Assembly (NCBI GenBank): GCA_963847445.1
Contig: CAWJZV010000041.1
Location: forward strand, 32,001-96,000
DNA: 64,000 nucleotides
Direction of reading: 5' to 3'
Source: an uncultured delta proteobacterium
Lineage (GTDB): Bacteria > Desulfobacterota > Binatia > UBA9968
Part shown: positions 21,313 through 32,622 of the stretch, in pieces
Numbering within the stretch: the stretch's first letter is position 1
How the letters are laid out: each line of letters opens with the position of its first letter
Translations under genes and position numbers: made by a program
The notes under the pieces: model-generated
Database searches by the model: none
What the model saw: only the letters and a program-made list of their open reading frames with translations
Told to the model about the DNA's origin: nothing

Positions 21313-23554
21313 ACACTTCTCTCGGTTTGGCGCCGTCAGCGGGACCGATGACGCCGTCGCGTTCCATCACTTCGACCATCCGCGCGGCGCGGTTGTAGCC
21401 TACACGTAACCGCCGTTGAATCATAGAGATCGACGCCTGCCGGGTCTCGGTGACGATGGCGACCGCCTGGTCGTACATCTCGTCGTGTTCTTCATCGGCG
21501 GCAGCCGCGGCTTCGACTTCTTTTTTGGCTTCAAGAATATCGGTCCGGTAGTTGGGCCGGCCCTGTTGCTTGATGAATTTCATCACTTTGCGCACTTCTT
21601 GGTCGGAGACGAAGGCGCCATGGATGCGGGTTAGCCGCGCCGTTCCCGGCGGCAGGAAGAGCATGTCGCCGTTGCCGAGGAGCTTCTCACTGCCCATGGA
21701 GTCCAAGATCGTCCGCGAGTCGATGCGCGAGGTCACCTGAAACGAAATGCGCGCCGGAAAATTGGCCTTGATCAGGCCCGTGATGACATCGACCGAGGGC
21801 CGTTGGGTGGCCAAGATCAAATGTATGCCGGCGGCCCGCGCCTTTTGCGCCAGGCGGGTAATGTATTCTTCGATGTCTCTGCCGACGGTCATCATGAGGT
21901 CGGCCAATTCATCGATGATGATGACGATGCGCGGCAGATGGCCATGCACCAACGCCGCGTCTCTCGACAGCCGGCCGCCGATGACCGGCGTTTGATCCAT
22001 CGGTTCCTCGTCCGTCAATTGGATCAAGTCCTTTTTGTTGCCAGACTCCTTCTCGATCGCCCGGTTGTAGCCGTCGATGTTGCGCACGGCTTTTTCCCTC
22101 ATTAGACGATAACGGCGGTCCATTTCATCCATCGCCCAGAACAGCGCGGCGGCAGCCTTTTTTGGATCGGTCACCACCGGTACCAGCTGGTGCGGAATGT
22201 CTTCGTAAACGGTCAATTCCAGCATCTTGGGATCGACCATAATGAATTTGACGTCCTGCGGGCTCGACTTGAACAGCAGGCTCAGGATCATCGCGTTGAT
22301 CGACACCGATTTGCCGGTGCCGGTGGCTCCGGCGACCAACAGATGGGGCATTTTGGCGAGATCGGTGGAAAACGGCACGCCGCCGATGTCTTTGCCCAGC
22401 GCCAGGGTAATCTTTGAGTCGGCAGCACGGTAGGATTCACTCTCGATCACTTCGCGCAAATACACGGTCTCGCGCCGCGGGTTGGGAATCTCGATACCGA
22501 CCACCGATTCGCCGGGGATCGGCGCCAAGATGCGCACGCTGACGGCGCGCAGTGCCATGGCGAGATCGTCGGCCAACATGACGATGCGCCGGACTTTGAC
22601 GCCGGGCGCGGGCTTGAACTCGTACATGGTGATGACCGGGCCGGGACGTACCGCGACGACTTCGCCTTCGACGCCAAAGTCTTCGAGCTTTTTCTGCAAG
22701 ATCAGCGAGTTGGCGTGCAGGGTTTCTTTGTCGATAGTGATTTGCTGATGTTCGGGCGGATCCAAAAGATCCAGCGGCGGTAGTTTGTAACCCTCGCCGA
22801 CCTCCGGGAGATTAAACTGTTCGGGCGCCGGCGCCGCCGGCTTTTTGGCCGGCTTTTTTACCAGGAAGTCATTGATGGGATCGTCTCTGGTGAGGATAGC
22901 CGGCGGGGTGTAGTCTTTTTTTTCTTTCTTGGTGTTCTCGCCTTTGCGTTTATCGTGATTTTCTTTGAGTTCCTTTATCCGGTCGTTGATCGCCGGCACC
23001 ACGGATTTCCTAAACTCGGCGAAATTCTTTCTGCTATGACCGATCAGATCGAGCAGCGAATGCTGGGTCAGCAACATGATCGACAGGAGCAGCATGAAGC
23101 AGGCGATCAACACCGCGCTCAAGCGGCCGAACAACGGGATTAAAATACTTTCTTTGAGAAAGCCGCCGACAATGCCGCCGGCGTCGCGGGCGCTTTCGCT
23201 GTCGATGAGGACGCTGAGCAGGACGCCGATACTCAACAGGAGAACTGCGTAGGCTGAAGCGCGAGCCAACGAAATGCCATCGTAAGTGGCGCGAAACATT
23301 TGCACCGCGCCGGCGCCGAGAAACACCGGGACTAAATAGGAAGTCAGCCCCAGCCCCTGGAGCAGCAGATCGGCGAGGAAGGCGCCGAGAAAGCCGCCCC
23401 AATTTTGCGTTTCGACCGCGCCCGACGGCGTATTGAACGAGCGATCGTTGACGCTATAGGAAACCAAGCTGATGGCGATTAGCAGCGCCGTAAGCGCGAT
23501 CACGACAGCCCAGATTTCTCGGTTGAGACGGCCCTTTTCGATGACAGCTGGCAT
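21287..23554 (-). CDS. ftsK: DNA translocase FtsK
   Basis: 4TM N-terminal domain, PHLLVAGATGTGKSV, DPKMLEL, LATQRPSVDV, gamma domain IQRRLRVGYNRAAR. Confidence 0.98.
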   Translation of the reverse strand: MPAVIEKGRLNREIWAVVIALTALLIAISLVSYSVNDRSFNTPSGAVETQNWGGFLGAFLADLLLQGLGLTSYLVPVFLGAGAVQMFRATYDGISLARASAYAVLLLSIGVLLSVLIDSESARDAGGIVGGFLKESILIPLFGRLSAVLIACFMLLLSIMLLTQHSLLDLIGHSRKNFAEFRKSVVPAINDRIKELKENHDKRKGENTKKEKKDYTPPAILTRDDPINDFLVKKPAKKPAAPAPEQFNLPEVGEGYKLPPLDLLDPPEHQQITIDKETLHANSLILQKKLEDFGVEGEVVAVRPGPVITMYEFKPAPGVKVRRIVMLADDLAMALRAVSVRILAPIPGESVVGIEIPNPRRETVYLREVIESESYRAADSKITLALGKDIGGVPFSTDLAKMPHLLVAGATGTGKSVSINAMILSLLFKSSPQDVKFIMVDPKMLELTVYEDIPHQLVPVVTDPKKAAAALFWAMDEMDRRYRLMREKAVRNIDGYNRAIEKESGNKKDLIQLTDEEPMDQTPVIGGRLSRDAALVHGHLPRIVIIIDELADLMMTVGRDIEEYITRLAQKARAAGIHLILATQRPSVDVITGLIKANFPARISFQVTSRIDSRTILDSMGSEKLLGNGDMLFLPPGTARLTRIHGAFVSDQEVRKVMKFIKQQGRPNYRTDILEAKKEVEAAAAADEEHDEMYDQAVAIVTETRQASISMIQRRLRVGYNRAARMVEVMERDGVIGPADGAKPREVYAQKIEED

Positions 23555-23566
23555 AGTTCGGTTTCC

Positions 23567-25222
23567 TTAGGTTTCGATGATGTAGGGCAGCACCACGGGG
23601 CGGCGCTCGAGTTTCTTCCTGAAAAATCGCCGCAATACCAGGCGCACTTCCTCCTTGAGCTCTTCCGGGTCTCTGCGGGTCTCGCGGTTCATGTTGGCCA
23701 GGGCGGCGAGCACGGCCTGTTTGGCGCTCTCCATGACCTCTTCGCTTTCTTCGGCGAGCATAAAGCCGCGGGAGATCAAATCCGGCCCGGCGACGAGTTC
23801 GCCGGATTGCTGATGGATCGCCATGACCGCCAGGACCATGCCGTCTTCGGACAGATGGCGGCGGTCGCGGATGACCATGTCGCCGACGTCGCCGACGCCT
23901 TTGCCGTCGACGAAGACCCGCCCGACTTGAATCGGCTTGACCTTCTCTGCACCCCGGTTGGTCAGTTCGAGGACGTCGCCGTCATCGAGCAGGAAACAGT
24001 TTTCCTCGGGGATGCCGACCTCTTGGGCGAGCCGCCGGTGGCGGACGAGATGGCGATATTCGCCGTGGATCGGCACGAAATAGCGCGGCCGGGTGAGTTG
24101 TAACATAGTTTTCAGCTCTTCCTGGCTGGCGTGACCGGAGACGTGGATCTCCGAGACTTTTTCGTAGTGCACCTCGGCGCCGCGGCGGTACAGATGATTG
24201 ATCAGGTTCGAGATCACCTTCTCGTTGCCGGGGATGAATTTCGACGACAGAATCACCGTGTCGCCGGCAGCGACTTTGAGCGTCTTGTGGTCGTTCAAGG
24301 CGACCCGGTGTAACACCGACATGGGTTCGCCCTGGCTGCCGGTGGTGAGAAACAGCAGTTGGTCCGCCGGCAAGCTTTGCCAGCGTTCGCTATCGTTCAT
24401 GAAACTGCGCGGCATTTGCAGATAGCCGAGTTCGGCGGCGACCTCGCAGTTGCGAATCATGCTGCGGCCGCTGAGCACGACGCGCCGGTTGCAGCGCTCG
24501 GCGATCTCGACGACCTGCTGGATTCGCGGGATGCTCGACGAAAAGGTCGAAACCAAGACTTTGCCGGTACTCTTGACGATGATCTGTTCCAAATTCGTTC
24601 CGACTTCGCGCTCCGAAGGCGTATGGCCGCGGCGCTCGACGTTGGTCGAGTCGGACATCAAGAGCAGCACGCCCTTCTCGCCGTAGGCGGCGAAGCGCTG
24701 GAAGTCGAACATCTCGCCATCCATCGGCGTGTTGTCGATCTTGAAGTCGCCGGTGTGAATCACCGTGCCCAGGGGCGTCTCGACGGCCAAGGCCAAGCAG
24801 TCCATCAAACTATGGGTAACCCGGATGCCTTCGATGGTAAACGGACCGATCTGCCAGGGGGCGCCGGCGGTGATCTCGTGAATCTCGGTGCTGTCTTCGA
24901 GGTCATGTTCTTTCAGTTTATTCGCCAGCAGGCCCAGGGTCAGCTTGGTGCCGTAGATCGGCACATCGAAGTGCTTCAAGACGAACGGCAGGGCGCCGAC
25001 ATGATCCTCATGGGCATGGGTCAGCACGATCGCCTTGAGCTTGGTCTTTTCCTCCAGCAAATAGCTGACATCGGGTATCACTAGATCGATGCCCAACAGA
25101 TGGGCGTCGGGAAACATGAGGCCGCAGTCCACCGCGATGGCGTCGTCGCCATACTCGATCAGCATCATGTTCAAGCCAAACTCGCCGAGGCCGCCAAGCG
25201 GGATGATTTTCAAAGGTTCCAT
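23567..25222 (-). CDS. rnj: ribonuclease J
   Basis: IIPLGGLGEFGLN, LTHAHEDH, TGSQGEP, HVSGHAS, PIHGEYRH. Confidence 0.97.
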   Translation of the reverse strand: MEPLKIIPLGGLGEFGLNMMLIEYGDDAIAVDCGLMFPDAHLLGIDLVIPDVSYLLEEKTKLKAIVLTHAHEDHVGALPFVLKHFDVPIYGTKLTLGLLANKLKEHDLEDSTEIHEITAGAPWQIGPFTIEGIRVTHSLMDCLALAVETPLGTVIHTGDFKIDNTPMDGEMFDFQRFAAYGEKGVLLLMSDSTNVERRGHTPSEREVGTNLEQIIVKSTGKVLVSTFSSSIPRIQQVVEIAERCNRRVVLSGRSMIRNCEVAAELGYLQMPRSFMNDSERWQSLPADQLLFLTTGSQGEPMSVLHRVALNDHKTLKVAAGDTVILSSKFIPGNEKVISNLINHLYRRGAEVHYEKVSEIHVSGHASQEELKTMLQLTRPRYFVPIHGEYRHLVRHRRLAQEVGIPEENCFLLDDGDVLELTNRGAEKVKPIQVGRVFVDGKGVGDVGDMVIRDRRHLSEDGMVLAVMAIHQQSGELVAGPDLISRGFMLAEESEEVMESAKQAVLAALANMNRETRRDPEELKEEVRLVLRRFFRKKLERRPVVLPYIIET

Positions 25223-25228
25223 GAATGG

Positions 25229-26002
25229 TTAGACGGTTCTCCCTTGCGGCGTGATGGCCGCTCCGGTCAGATTTTCTTGGCTCGCGCTCATCGGCTCGCT
25301 GGTTCGTAGATTAGCCGCGATGATTTCTTGCACCTGCGCGCTCAAGCCGCGCAGCCCGCCCGGGCGAAAGTCTGCCGCCGCAATCGGCGCGCCGATGGTG
25401 ACGTCGATTGCCCCGGGCCGGACGCGCCATTCGCCTCTGGCCAGCAGTTTGCCCGTGCCGTTGATCGTCACCGGCACAATCGGCGTCTTGCTTTTCAGCG
25501 CCAGGAGAAAGCCGCCGCGTTTGAACGGCAACAACTTGCCGTCCGTGCTGCGGGTGCCTTCCGGGAATACCACCACCGAGATGCCCGCCGCGATGCGCTG
25601 CTTGGCGAGCTTTAAACTCTTCAGCGCGTCCAACGAATCCGCCCGGTCGACGATAATATGCTTCGCCGCCCACATCGCCCAACCGAACAAAGGTATCCAA
25701 AAGAGTTCTTTCTTGGCGAGCCAGCGGAGCTGGAACTGCGGCAACGCTTGAACCAGCACTGGAATGTCGAAGTTGCTTTGGTGATTGACGACAAAAAGAT
25801 ACTGGCGTTGCGGGTCCAAGCGATTCAGCCCTTTTACCGTCAACGTGATGCCGCTGAATTTGACAATCAGCCAAGTCCAAAATTGACTGATGCGATAAAC
25901 CCGTTTGCCGTGGGCATCGAACAGGCCGCATAGAACCATCACCAGCGAAAGCACCATGGTGACCGCGATGACGATTGCTAATTTGACTGCGTAAAACATC
26001 AA
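25229..26002 (-). CDS. plsC: 1-acyl-sn-glycerol-3-phosphate acyltransferase
   Basis: NHQSNFD (HxxxxD), FPEGTRS, PFKRGGF. Confidence 0.9.
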   Translation of the reverse strand: MMFYAVKLAIVIAVTMVLSLVMVLCGLFDAHGKRVYRISQFWTWLIVKFSGITLTVKGLNRLDPQRQYLFVVNHQSNFDIPVLVQALPQFQLRWLAKKELFWIPLFGWAMWAAKHIIVDRADSLDALKSLKLAKQRIAAGISVVVFPEGTRSTDGKLLPFKRGGFLLALKSKTPIVPVTINGTGKLLARGEWRVRPGAIDVTIGAPIAAADFRPGGLRGLSAQVQEIIAANLRTSEPMSASQENLTGAAITPQGRTV

Positions 26003-26190
26003 GACAAAGCTAAATTTGAACCGTCGAACTCATTGGAAATGGGTAGCTAATTGTAGAGAAGGCCTGGGCAAAAATCAATGTGAGGAAGTTTTTGCGAACT
26101 TCAGCTCAATCGAGTTGACTCTCCAGAGGGGCAGGGTTAAGTTGAGAGCACTTTTCCGCCGCAAAGTTTCTTTCCGGGTCGGGAGGCAGC

Positions 26191-26628
26191 ATGTCCGTTA
26201 ACAAAGTCATTTTGGTCGGCAATCTCGGCAAGGATCCCGAGGTGCGTTATACCCAGACGGGCAGCGCCGTGGCGAATTTCTCGATCGCCACCTCCGAGCA
26301 GTGGAACGACCGCGACGGTAAACGCCAGGAGCGCACCGAGTGGCATAACATTGTGGTCTGGGGTAAGCAGGCCGAGCACTGCGGCCAGTATCTATCGAAA
26401 GGCCGGCAGGTGTTTGTCGAAGGCAGCATTCGCACGCGCAGCTACGACGATAAGAGCGGCAACAAGCGCTACATCACCGAGATCATCGCCCAACGGATTC
26501 AGTTCCTTGGCAGCGGCGGCGGCACCCGCGGGCCGCAGCAAGGCACGGATTCCGGCAGTGTCGACGATATGGCGATGGGCGGCATGGGCGGCGGCCAGCC
26601 GCCGAGCGACGACGATATTCCGTTTTAA
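26191..26628 (+). CDS. ssb: single-stranded DNA-binding protein
   Basis: [16 protein letters not shown]...TEWH...DDDIPF C-terminus. Confidence 0.98.
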   Translation: MSVNKVILVGNLGKDPEVRYTQTGSAVANFSIATSEQWNDRDGKRQERTEWHNIVVWGKQAEHCGQYLSKGRQVFVEGSIRTRSYDDKSGNKRYITEIIAQRIQFLGSGGGTRGPQQGTDSGSVDDMAMGGMGGGQPPSDDDIPF

Positions 26629-26735
26629 GCTGGCGACAGCGCAGATCGGTCATCATCACCGCCATCACGCCATGCGGATGAGTGGTTTGAACAGCTCCGG
26701 CTTAACAGTTTTACTTCCTTGCTTCATGGTGCGCC

Positions 26736-28664
26736 ATGGAACGTTCGCCGTTGCAAGAAATCGATGTCGATGCCGCGCTGCGCACAATCTTGGAAGGAAC
26801 CGCGACCGCAACCGGCGCCGAGTTTTTTCGGGCGTTGGTGAAAAATCTCGCCGAGGCGCTCGGCACTCATGGCGCCTGGGTGACGGAATATTTTCCCGAA
26901 TCTCGGCGGCTCAAGGCACTGTCGTTTTGGATGGGCGACAGCTGGCTCGATGGCTGGGAGATGGTGGTTGACGGCACTCCCTGTGAACGCGTGATCGATC
27001 AGCGCTGTTTGATCCATATCCCGGACAATCTGCTGAACATCTATGGCGACGATCCGGATGTACGGGCGATCGGAGCGGCGAGTTATATGGGCATGCCGCT
27101 GCTCGATCTCGACGGCAAGATTCTCGGACATCTCGCGGTGCTCGACATGCGACCGATGCCGGCCGAGCCGCGGGCGCAAACTTTATTTCAGATCTTTGCC
27201 GCGCGCGCTGGCCGCCGAGTTGCGCCGGCTGCGCGCCGAAACCCAGGTGCGCGAGCGCGAGCAAAAGCTTGGCCGCTTGGTCGGCAGCGCCATGGACGCG
27301 ATCATCGAGCTTGATCGCCATTTGGCGATCACGCAGATGAATCCGGCCGCGGAGAGAGTATTCGGTTGTGGCGCCGGCGCTATGATCGGCGAAACTTTTA
27401 GTCATCGTCTCGTGCCAGACGCGCGCGAAAAGCTCGCTCGATTGATCATCGAGCTCGATAGCCGGCCAGACGGTCAGCGTTCGTTATGGGTTGCCGGCGG
27501 TTTTCACGCCATCGCTCGTGACGGCAGCTTCATTTCAAGCGGAGGCGACCCTGGCGCGCTTCGATGTCGAGCGGGCACCGTTTTACACGCTTATCCTGCG
27601 CAATGTGAATGAACGTATCGAAGCCGAGAACAAGATTCGCTCCCTTACCGTCGAGACCGAATATCTGCGCGAAGAAATTAAGTCGCTGGTGGGTGCCGAC
27701 GGCATCGTCGGCCAGAGCGCGCCTTGGCTAAAGGTCTTGAGCGACGTGCAGGAGGTTGCCGCCACCGATGCCACGGTGTTGATTCTCGGCGAAACCGGCA
27801 CGGGAAAAGAAGTGATCGCACGATCCATTCACCGCGCCAGCCGGCGCCACAACCAGCCGCTCATCAAGGTCAATTGCGCGGCGATTCCGGCGGCATTGAT
27901 CGAGAGCGAACTTTTCGGCCATGAAGCGGGCGCCTTTACCGGCGCCACCAAGAAACGCGATGGCCGCTTCGCCATGGCCCATGGCGGCACGATCTTTCTC
28001 GATGAAGTGGGCGAGCTGCCGTTCGACTTGCAGAGTAAATTACTGCGGGTATTGCAAGAAGGCGAGTTCGAGCCGGTGGGCAGCTCGCAGACCCGAAGAG
28101 TCGATGTGCGCGTCTTGGCCGCCACCAATCGAGACCTCCAACGTTGCCACCGGCGAGGGCAAATTCCGCGAGGATCTTTATTACCGCTTGAATGTTTTTC
28201 CCATCGAGTTGCCGCCGCTGCGTGAGCGGCGCGGGGATATCGGCGTGCTGGCCGCGGCCTTCGCCGAAAAATTCGCCAAGAGCATGGGCCGGCCGATCGA
28301 ACCGCTGTCGGCGGACTGTATCCGCCGTCTGGAAGCCTACCGTTGGCCCGGCAACGTCCGCGAACTGCAAAATATTATCGAGCGCGCCGTGATCACCGCC
28401 CGCGATCGCAGGCTCAATCTCGACCGCGCCCTGCCGGAAAGCGTCGGCGTGCTCGCCGTCGCGTTGACCGGCGGCGAAGCCGCCGCCAAGCGGGTGCGCA
28501 CCGCTAAGGAGCTTGAAGACTTGGAGCGGGAGAATATCGTCGCCGCCCTCGAAGCGAGCGATTGGAAAGTCGCCGGCGCAAACGGCGCCGCCACCCTGCT
28601 TGGCATCAAGCCGACGACGCTCAGCTCGCGCATGAAAGCGCTCGGTATCGAGCGCAAACGCTAA
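26736..28664 (+). CDS. sigma54 enhancer-binding protein, GAF-PAS-AAA+-HTH (three frameshifts)
   Basis: GAF (GTPCERV...SYMGMPL...GHLAVLD), PAS (SAMDAII...[10 protein letters not shown]), [44 protein letters not shown]. Confidence 0.93.
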
Positions 28665-28695
28665 TCGCACTCACGAAAAATCATATTCGCCGCGG

Positions 28696-28810
28696 ACGAG
28701 ATCTCGTTAGTAGCGAGATCTCGTTGCCCATTCCTACCGGCGATTTTCATTCCAAGCTACTGATTTCTGAAGTTATTCGACACTGCCACGGCTTTGGCAT
28801 GGTTCGCGCA
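28696..28810 (+). promoter_or_regulatory. sigma54 promoter with tandem palindromic UAS and IHF site
   Basis: ACGAGATCTCGT (28696) and GCGAGATCTCGT (28713); CAAGCTACTGATT (28753, reverse complement matches WATCARnnnnTTR); TGGCATGGTTCGCGCA (28795, GG-N10-GC). Confidence 0.8.
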
Positions 28811-28862
28811 ATAGTTCCGTAGCAACGGCGCTGAGCCGAATAAAAATCACGGAGGAAGGGTC

Positions 28863-29775
28863 ATGAAGAATCACTACAGTTATCGGGACGCGTTGGAGAC
28901 ATCGGAACGGATCAACTGGCGCATCGAAGACATCATTGGCGCCGACAAGCGTTTGGATTTCGCCAAGCCGTTCATGCCGGAGTCGCTCGCCCAGGTGGAT
29001 GGGCTCAGCTTTCTGTCCAGCGACGAGAAACGGATCTTGAACCAGATCCGCGGCCATGAGTACCTCTGCATGTTCGGTCTGGTCGAAGAGTTCATTTTGC
29101 CGTTCGCCGTCGACCACGCCAGGGCGCAGCTGTGCGGCGACGACTTTCGGACTCGCGCGCTGCTCAGGTTCGCCGGCGAAGAGGCCAAGCATATTCATCT
29201 GTTCAAACAGTTCCGCAATGACTTTGGCGCGGGTTTTGGCAGCGACTGTGAGTTCATCGGTCCGGCGGAAGATGTCAAGACGCTTCGTGCTGTCGCACAG
29301 TCCGCTGGGCGTCGGGATAGCGGTCTTGCATATCGAGTGGATCACGCTGCGGCACTACATCGACAGCGTACGCGACAACCAGGAACTCGATCCGCAGTTC
29401 AAGAGCCTGTTGAAGCATCACTGGTTGGAGGAGTCGCAGCACACCAAGATCGATACTTTGATTGTCGAGGAAATGGCGGCGGCGGCGACGCGGGATGAAA
29501 TCGACCTGGCGTTCGAGGAGTACGGCAAGATTGGCGCCTTCATCGACCAAGGTCTCCAGCAGCAGTCGGAGTTCGAGGTTGCCGCCTTTGAACAGGCGAG
29601 CGGGCGCAAGCTTTCAAGCCATGAGCGTCAGGAAATGTTCGAGGCAGTATTGAAAGGGATGCGCTGGACCTATTTGGGCACGGGTATGACGCATCCGAAT
29701 TTCCTTGCCACCGTGGAAGCGATCAAGCCGGAGGCGAGAAAGCAGATCGAAGCGATGGCGTCGGCGTTTTGCTGA
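28863..29775 (+). CDS. ferritin-like diiron protein (AurF-like fold), one frameshift
   Basis: Diiron ligand pattern LVEEFI ... EEAKH ... HIEW ... EESQH; RBS GGAGGAAGG. Confidence 0.75.
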
Positions 29776-29829
29776 GTTCTAGACGGTCTAGGAAACATTC
29801 GCATCGGATCGACAAAACTAAAAGGAGAA

Positions 29830-31008
29830 ATGGCACATGTCACAATTAGCGGCAATAAACTAGGCCAGTGCGAATATCGAGGTGGTGCCGTCAAGATCGA
29901 AGCGATGTCAACGACCTAGCGCCGCGTTTTGCCGCGCGCGCGGCGGCGGTGGATGAAGCGGATCGCTTCGTTGCGGAGAACTTTGCCGAGTTGAAGGAAC
30001 ACGGGCTGTTCGCCGCCGGCGTGCCGGCGGAATTGGGCGGTCTGGGCGCGAGTCATGGCGAGCTGTGCGAGATGCTGCGATTATTATCGCGCTATCAGTG
30101 CGGCTCGACGGCGCTGGCGTTTTCCATGCACACCCATCAAGTCGCGACCAACGCGTGGCGCTGGCGCCATCAGAAAGCGCCGGTGGACGGTTTACTGAAG
30201 CGCGTCGCCAGCGAAAATATTCTGCTCTTGAGCAGCGGCGGCTCGGATTGGCTGCAACGGTTCCGGCAGCGCGACGCGGGTCGACGGCGGTTTCCGCATC
30301 AATGCGCGCAAGATTTTTTCCAGCGGCGCGCCGGCTGGTGATCTATTGATGACCAGCGCGGTGTACGATGATCCCGATAGCCGGGCCAACTGTGCTCCAC
30401 TTCGCGGTGCCGATGAAAGCCGAAGGGTGTGAAACTGCTCGATACCTGGAAAGTCATGGGCATGCGCGGCACCGGTTCCCATGACATCGAGTTGAACAGA
30501 TGTTTTCGTCGCTGACGCGGCTATTGGCGGCAAGCGTCCGGCGGGCAAGTGGCATCCGTTGTTTCATATTATTTCGATGATCGCTTTCCCATTGATTTAT
30601 TCGGCATATATCGGCGTCGCCGAGGCGGCGCGGGATCTGGTCGTCGACAGGGCGCGCAAGCGCAAAGCGGATCATCGTTCGGTCGAACTTTTCGGCGCCA
30701 TCGATAACGAGTTGACGAGCGCTCGGCTAGCGCTCCAAGACATGATTGCCGCCGCGGCGACCAACGATCCCGGGCTGGCGACGACCAATCGCGTCATGAT
30801 CGGCCGCACGCTGGTTGCGCGCGGTGTGCTGGAGACTGTGGATCTCGCGATGGAAGCCGCGGGCGGTAGCGCGTTCTATCGTTCCGCTGGGTTGGAAAGA
30901 CTGTTCCGCGACGCCCAGGCCGCGCGCTATCATCCGTTGCGCGTAGGCACACAACGAGCCTACGCGGGGCGCATGGCGCTGGGGTTGGATGTCGATGAGG
31001 CGATGTGA
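29830..31008 (+). CDS. acyl-CoA dehydrogenase-fold flavoprotein (several frameshifts)
   Basis: GVPAELGGLG, GSTALAFSMHTHQ, INARKIFSSG, W..MGMRGTGSHD, AAGGSAFY...LERLFRD. Confidence 0.85.
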
Positions 31009-31014
31009 AACTGG

Positions 31015-31054
31015 CTAGCGCCGCGCCTGGAGTTCCGGCGCGGCGCTAGTTTCT
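31015..31054 (+). terminator. hairpin terminator after the ACAD gene
   Basis: 13-bp inverted repeat CTAGCGCCGCGCC/GGCGCGGCGCTAG followed by TTTCTT. Confidence 0.7.
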
Positions 31055-31079
31055 TGGCGATTCTCCTTTATGTTAAGAT

Positions 31080-31275
31080 CTATCGCGTCACAAGATTTCG
31101 CGGCTCGCCGCAGGAGAAACGCGTCAATGTTGGCTTCGACTTCGACGAATAGCTGCTGGCGCGCTTCGCCCGAACTCCATTCCGTGTGCGGTGTGACATC
31201 AAATAATCTAGTTCCCTGTCCGCGACAGCGATCGGGTGATCGCCAGGCGGCGGCTCTTGGCTGATGACATCGCGG
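31080..31275 (-). pseudogene. degenerate duplicate of the 3' end of the 2-hydroxyacid dehydrogenase gene (32875..33070)
   Basis: Colinear DNA similarity; encodes DVISQEPPPGDHPI...VTPHTEWSSGEARQQLFVEVEANIDAF..GEPRNLV versus DVITQEPPPADHPI...VTPHTAWSAREARQRLLVEVKTNIEAF..GEPRNLV. Confidence 0.9.
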
Positions 31276-31389
31276 TTTTCTACAATCGCCGCCGCCCACC
31301 TCAATCGTTGAGCCACCAAACCCCAATGAGTTATGAATCAATGAACGTCCCCGCTGATTAACTGTCCGTCACACCCGGGTCAGCGCAGC

Positions 31390-31635
31390 TTGCCGATTCT
31401 TAGGCGGTCCATGTTATTTTTCATTGCCTGTGTAGCGCTGGCCGGCGGCTGTGCAAGGCTGCCGAATGTCGGCGTAATATCGCTAAAGCCCGCGACCTTC
31501 ATTGAGCTGCAGGGAGATTTACTCGATCAAAAAGCCGATTTGGACCTAATTGGATTGCGTGGACCATTTGCCGTGGTCACACAAAAAGAATATGAAATAC
31601 GCCTATCGATCACTGAGCGCATAAATACGGCCTAA
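31390..31635 (+). CDS. short lipoprotein, probably truncated
   Basis: Lipobox LAGGC; ends abruptly in an AT-rich region. Confidence 0.5.
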   Translation: MPILRRSMLFFIACVALAGGCARLPNVGVISLKPATFIELQGDLLDQKADLDLIGLRGPFAVVTQKEYEIRLSITERINTA

Positions 31636-31709
31636 TATTTTACTGTGCGGCAAGAAACCCGGACTCCGCCTTGCACACCCTGCTTGTTGATCGGGAAGGA
31701 GAGCCTGAA

Positions 31710-32594
31710 ATGAAAACTCCTGGAATACGCATGTCCGTCCTGCTTATTTTGCAAACCCTGTGGTTGGGGACATCCCATGGCGCAGATGTAAGCAACCCCA
31801 AAATTGAAGAAGAATTGTTAAAACAACAAGGGATTTACCAGAGCGAAGGAGAAAGTAAGCCTGAGGGTTATGTCATCAATAGAGGGCTTTTAGCCTATAC
31901 CGACGCTCTATCGCCGGGGTTCGATCGCGCACTGGCAAATCTTGGTCCAAAAGACCGATGGCTGGATATTGGAGCAGGAGAGGGCCAAGCTATATTGGAC
32001 TACTACAATCGAAACCACGCCGTGGGGGAGGGGAATCACGAGAGCGACGCGGCACAAAAGCACGAGCAGTCGCGATATCCATAGAGGACCGTAGGCAACC
32101 CAGCTGGTATCAAACAGCCGCAAGCCTTGCAACGAATCAAATACAATATTTTTTTAACAAACGCATGCGAGACTTTTCGTTAGATGAACTAGGAAAATTT
32201 CAGGTCATTACAGATTTACTCGGCGGGTTTTCATACACTGACCAACTTTCGTCATTTACGGACAAAGGTCCTTCAGCTTTTGGATTTGAAGGGTAGCTTT
32301 TATACACTTTTACAAGATGTAAAGTCGGAAGGTGGAACGAATCAACCCTTCTACGCGAACTCCCCCTACCTAACTGAAATCGCCAATGCCGATGGTTCCG
32401 AAGTAAAGGTTTGTTCCTGGCTTAAAAGCATTACTTGTGTAGAAGTTACTTGCCAATTAAGAACCGACTGGAAACCACCCGTTGAGATATATCATGTTCG
32501 CAAAGTTTGCAGTGGCGTTACAGTGCCCGCTTTGGCGAGGATTAAGTACGGGGCTGGAACTCCTCCCGAACGGCGATTTCTATTGAAAAAATGA
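31710..32594 (+). CDS. signal-peptide-bearing class I SAM-methyltransferase-like protein, low GC (frameshifted)
   Basis: N-terminal signal peptide, motif I WLDIGAGEG, FQVITDLLGGFSY; spans ORFs 31671, 31958 and 32280. Confidence 0.7.
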
Positions 32595-32622
32595 AGCGAT
32601 TTAGGCGGTTCCCATGCGAGGC

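Noticed and set aside
26736-28664. Programmed frameshifting in split genes
   Set aside because: No slippery heptamers or consistent signals at the breaks, and too many unrelated genes are affected.
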